Assembly (NCBI RefSeq): GCF_004010195.1
Contig: NC_057726.1
Span: 62,246,850 to 62,310,849 of the forward strand
From: Chiloscyllium plagiosum
Lineage: Eukaryota
Direction of reading: 5' to 3'
Length of the DNA: 64,000 nt
Shown piece after piece: positions 61,421 through 64,000 of the stretch. Under the pieces are notes generated by a model. The model was not told where the DNA came from and did no database searches. It saw only the letters and a program-made list of their open reading frames with translations. How positions within the stretch are numbered: position 1 is the first letter of the stretch; each line of letters begins with the position of its first letter. Made by a program: the position numbers and the translations under genes.

Positions 61421-64000
61421 TGTATTAGAACACAACTGATCCTGACTTCACCAAATTGCGAAGCGTGACCAGAAAGCAGCATTATTTATTATTGAATACC
61501 AAAAAACTCATGGTGTACATAGGCTGGTCCCAGCCTGGGACAGACAGTTCTGCAGACTCATCCTTGGGTCTGCTATAGAAAGGGCTCAGGTGATGAGTTC
61601 CAACGGAGCAAGCCATTCCCTGATACCAAGAGAACTCATAGAGAATAAGTTGCATGTGAAGATTAATTAGTGATATACCATTGTCCTTGTAGAGACTATC
61701 ACATCCCTCCCCGTTCGAGTCAAGGGTTCCCCTTCATGCCTCTGAGGTTGGGCCTCTTCCATTGTTTTGTCCATGGCCCTATTCCAGTTGCTTTCCAGCT
61801 CTGGTTGAGAGGTGCATAATAAGTGGACAAAAGTCTTTTCAGTGAAAACCGTCAAAACGCCATTTTAGGGTACTCATCCTCTGTGGCATATCTGTCAGAA
61901 CAATCACCTCTCTGGAGGGTTCCCGATGGAGGGGTGGATTGTGTTTTTTTTTTTGCAATCTTCACCCTGATTTTGACCATGCATGACACCAGTGCGTTTC
62001 TTTTTTAGGATAACCTCTGGGATCCCTGCAGAGCTATCACTGAAGTTTCTTATTTGAACTGTTTCTCCCCCGAATAATGTTTGAACCTAGGAAACATTTC
62101 AACTCCGCTGTGTTTTTTTGAGTCAGACCCTCCTTTTATGGCTTTCACCTTCTCTTTGACTGGGTATAATCCATCCAAGACAATTCTGTATGTTCCCTTG
62201 TTTACCTGTAACACTAATTTTTAGCCAGCTGCTAACCTCAGGAAATGCCATAAGACCTCCTTCAAGTTCTCCATACATTCCTTGCAGTAGCACCTGAGAT
62301 TATCCATCATCCAGATAGTCTACTACTCTGGGCAATTTAGTAGATGTTCTCCATTACCCATTGAAAGGTTGTATAAGATACACCAAAGGGCAGGTGAGTG
62401 TCCTCATACAGACTTTTGTTAGTATTTATAGTAACATAGTTCCTGGATGACCCCTTAAAAGTTCCAACTGGAGGTAAGCATGGCTGATTATCGATTTTGA
62501 AAATATGTGCCCTCCAACCAGCTTTCATAGAAGCCCTACAATGTGGAAGCATGTCATTCAGCATATCAAGTCCACACCAACCCTCTGAAGAGCATCCCAC
62601 CAAAACCCACCACCATAACCTATCCCTATTACTCTGCATTTCCCATTGCCCCTCCACCTAAACTACACATCTTTGGACTGTTACAGGAAACCGGAGCATC
62701 TGGAAGAAACCCACACAGACATGGGGAGAATGTGCAAACTCCACACAGACAGTCGCCCAAGGGTGGAATCGAAGACAGGCCCCTGGCTGTGAGGCATCTA
62801 ACTACTGAGCCACAGTGACGCCACGCACAGAAGACCTGGGTGGGTGGTATCTAAGTGGGAATCTTTGACCGCCAGTATATAATAGCCACCAAGCACAAGG
62901 CCACAAAGACTGACTGAGTTTTCAGGTTTTACAACAGGACTTCTGGCTCAGCCTATTCAGTAAATTGTAGTAGGTGTGATTTCTCTAGGTTCTCCAATTC
63001 GATCTCTACTTTGGCATATTGGCATTTAGGTTGGGCTTCTAGGTCTATGTAGACCTTGGCTTCTGGGACCTTTTATCTTCAAGGGACACTTCAAGATATT
63101 TCCCAATGACTTCAAACAGATTGCCAGTACCAATTTTAAAGGTCTGTTGCCAATCTATGCGGTTTTTCTGTAACCAGTCCTTTCTCAAAAGCTTGGGTCC
63201 TGGCCCTTGCACCACTATTAAGGGAATCGGACTGTCTGCTCTTCAAGCGTAATCGGGGGTTATTATGGTCCCAATAATACATGAGGGCTCCCGAGTGTAA
63301 GTGGCCAATCTAGCCTTGTTATCTTACAGGCCTAAAAGCAAGATGCCCATCAGAGTTTCCCAAAGGTTTCCTCCTCAGTAATAGATACAGCATCTCTATG
63401 TTTATCTCCATGGCTTTTATTGTAATTGGGGCCACTTTGGGAGTAGTGAGGCAATTTAGCTGTACCAGTTCCTCATCCTCAGGCTGACTTATTTGCAAAG
63501 CCTTGCCTTGAGATGGTTTCACCCTCAGCCCAGGGTGAGGGGTACACATTTCTCCTGTTTCAATAATCTTGTCTGTAGCAGACCCTATTACTATTACGAT
63601 GGCATGATGTTCTTGCTTCTCACTGTATTGTGGAGAAACTTCCCATCCAGTTCTGAAACCTTGTAGACTCCAACTCCAATTGTCTTTCCTTGGAAACAAA
63701 AGGGAGCCATGAGTATTATCGAGCCTTGGTTCTGTGGTATGGGGGTGTTGCCCAAGGCTGAAGATGGTACTGTCTATGGTAATCTGAAGCTGTCGAGCCC
63801 CTTTTTTCCCATGTTTTCATGGGAAACGGACAGTTTTATGGCTTTCTTGAGGTCCAGATCAGGTTCAGTCAGCTTCCGTTGGGTTGCAGTATTACATATG
63901 ATTCCATAAACTAAGCAATCCCTTAACATTTCCCAAAGTGCTGACCCAGACTCACAGGAGTCCATCAATTTCCACACTCTCGTCAGGAATTCGGGGATAG
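61421..64000 (-). mobile_element. Gypsy LTR retrotransposon remnant running off the window; 3' LTR 61703-61421, polypurine tract 61712-61704
   Basis: gag LRDCLVYGI..QRKLTEPDLDLKKAI; RT YVTINTNKSLY..LPFGVS..FQWVMENI; PPT GGGGAGGGA abuts TGTGATAG; LTR ends CTAATACA and contains AATAAA. Confidence 0.85.
62527..62825 (-). mobile_element. HE1-type SINE inserted in the Gypsy RT region
   Basis: Reverse-complement match to the SINE. Confidence 0.8.

Overview
Vertebrate, non-prokaryotic genomic DNA, almost certainly from a cartilaginous fish (shark): it is dominated by decayed CR1-clade LINEs, HE1-type tRNA-derived SINEs, Penelope-like retroelement pieces carrying minimal hammerhead-ribozyme cores, one hAT (Buster/SPIN-type) transposase relic and one Gypsy LTR element. 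The host content is a tandem pair of minus-strand immunoglobulin-superfamily receptor genes about 24 kb apart. Gene A (13856->9417) is an intact 7-exon model that I assembled by hand (1077 nt, 358 aa, all GT-AG, phases consistent). It encodes a leader, a compact germline-joined V(J)-type domain, one C1-set domain, an uncharged TM segment and a tail with four ITIM-like motifs, i.e. a non-rearranging antigen-receptor-like (SIRP-like) inhibitory receptor. Gene B (37733->~32250) has the same 7-exon layout but is a pseudogene (stops, frameshifts, mutated splice sites). The two share a positionally conserved ETS+CRE promoter module and a ~600-bp downstream non-coding block. Family assignment, expression and novelty cannot be settled without database searches. 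Transposon boundaries are approximate (tens of bp).
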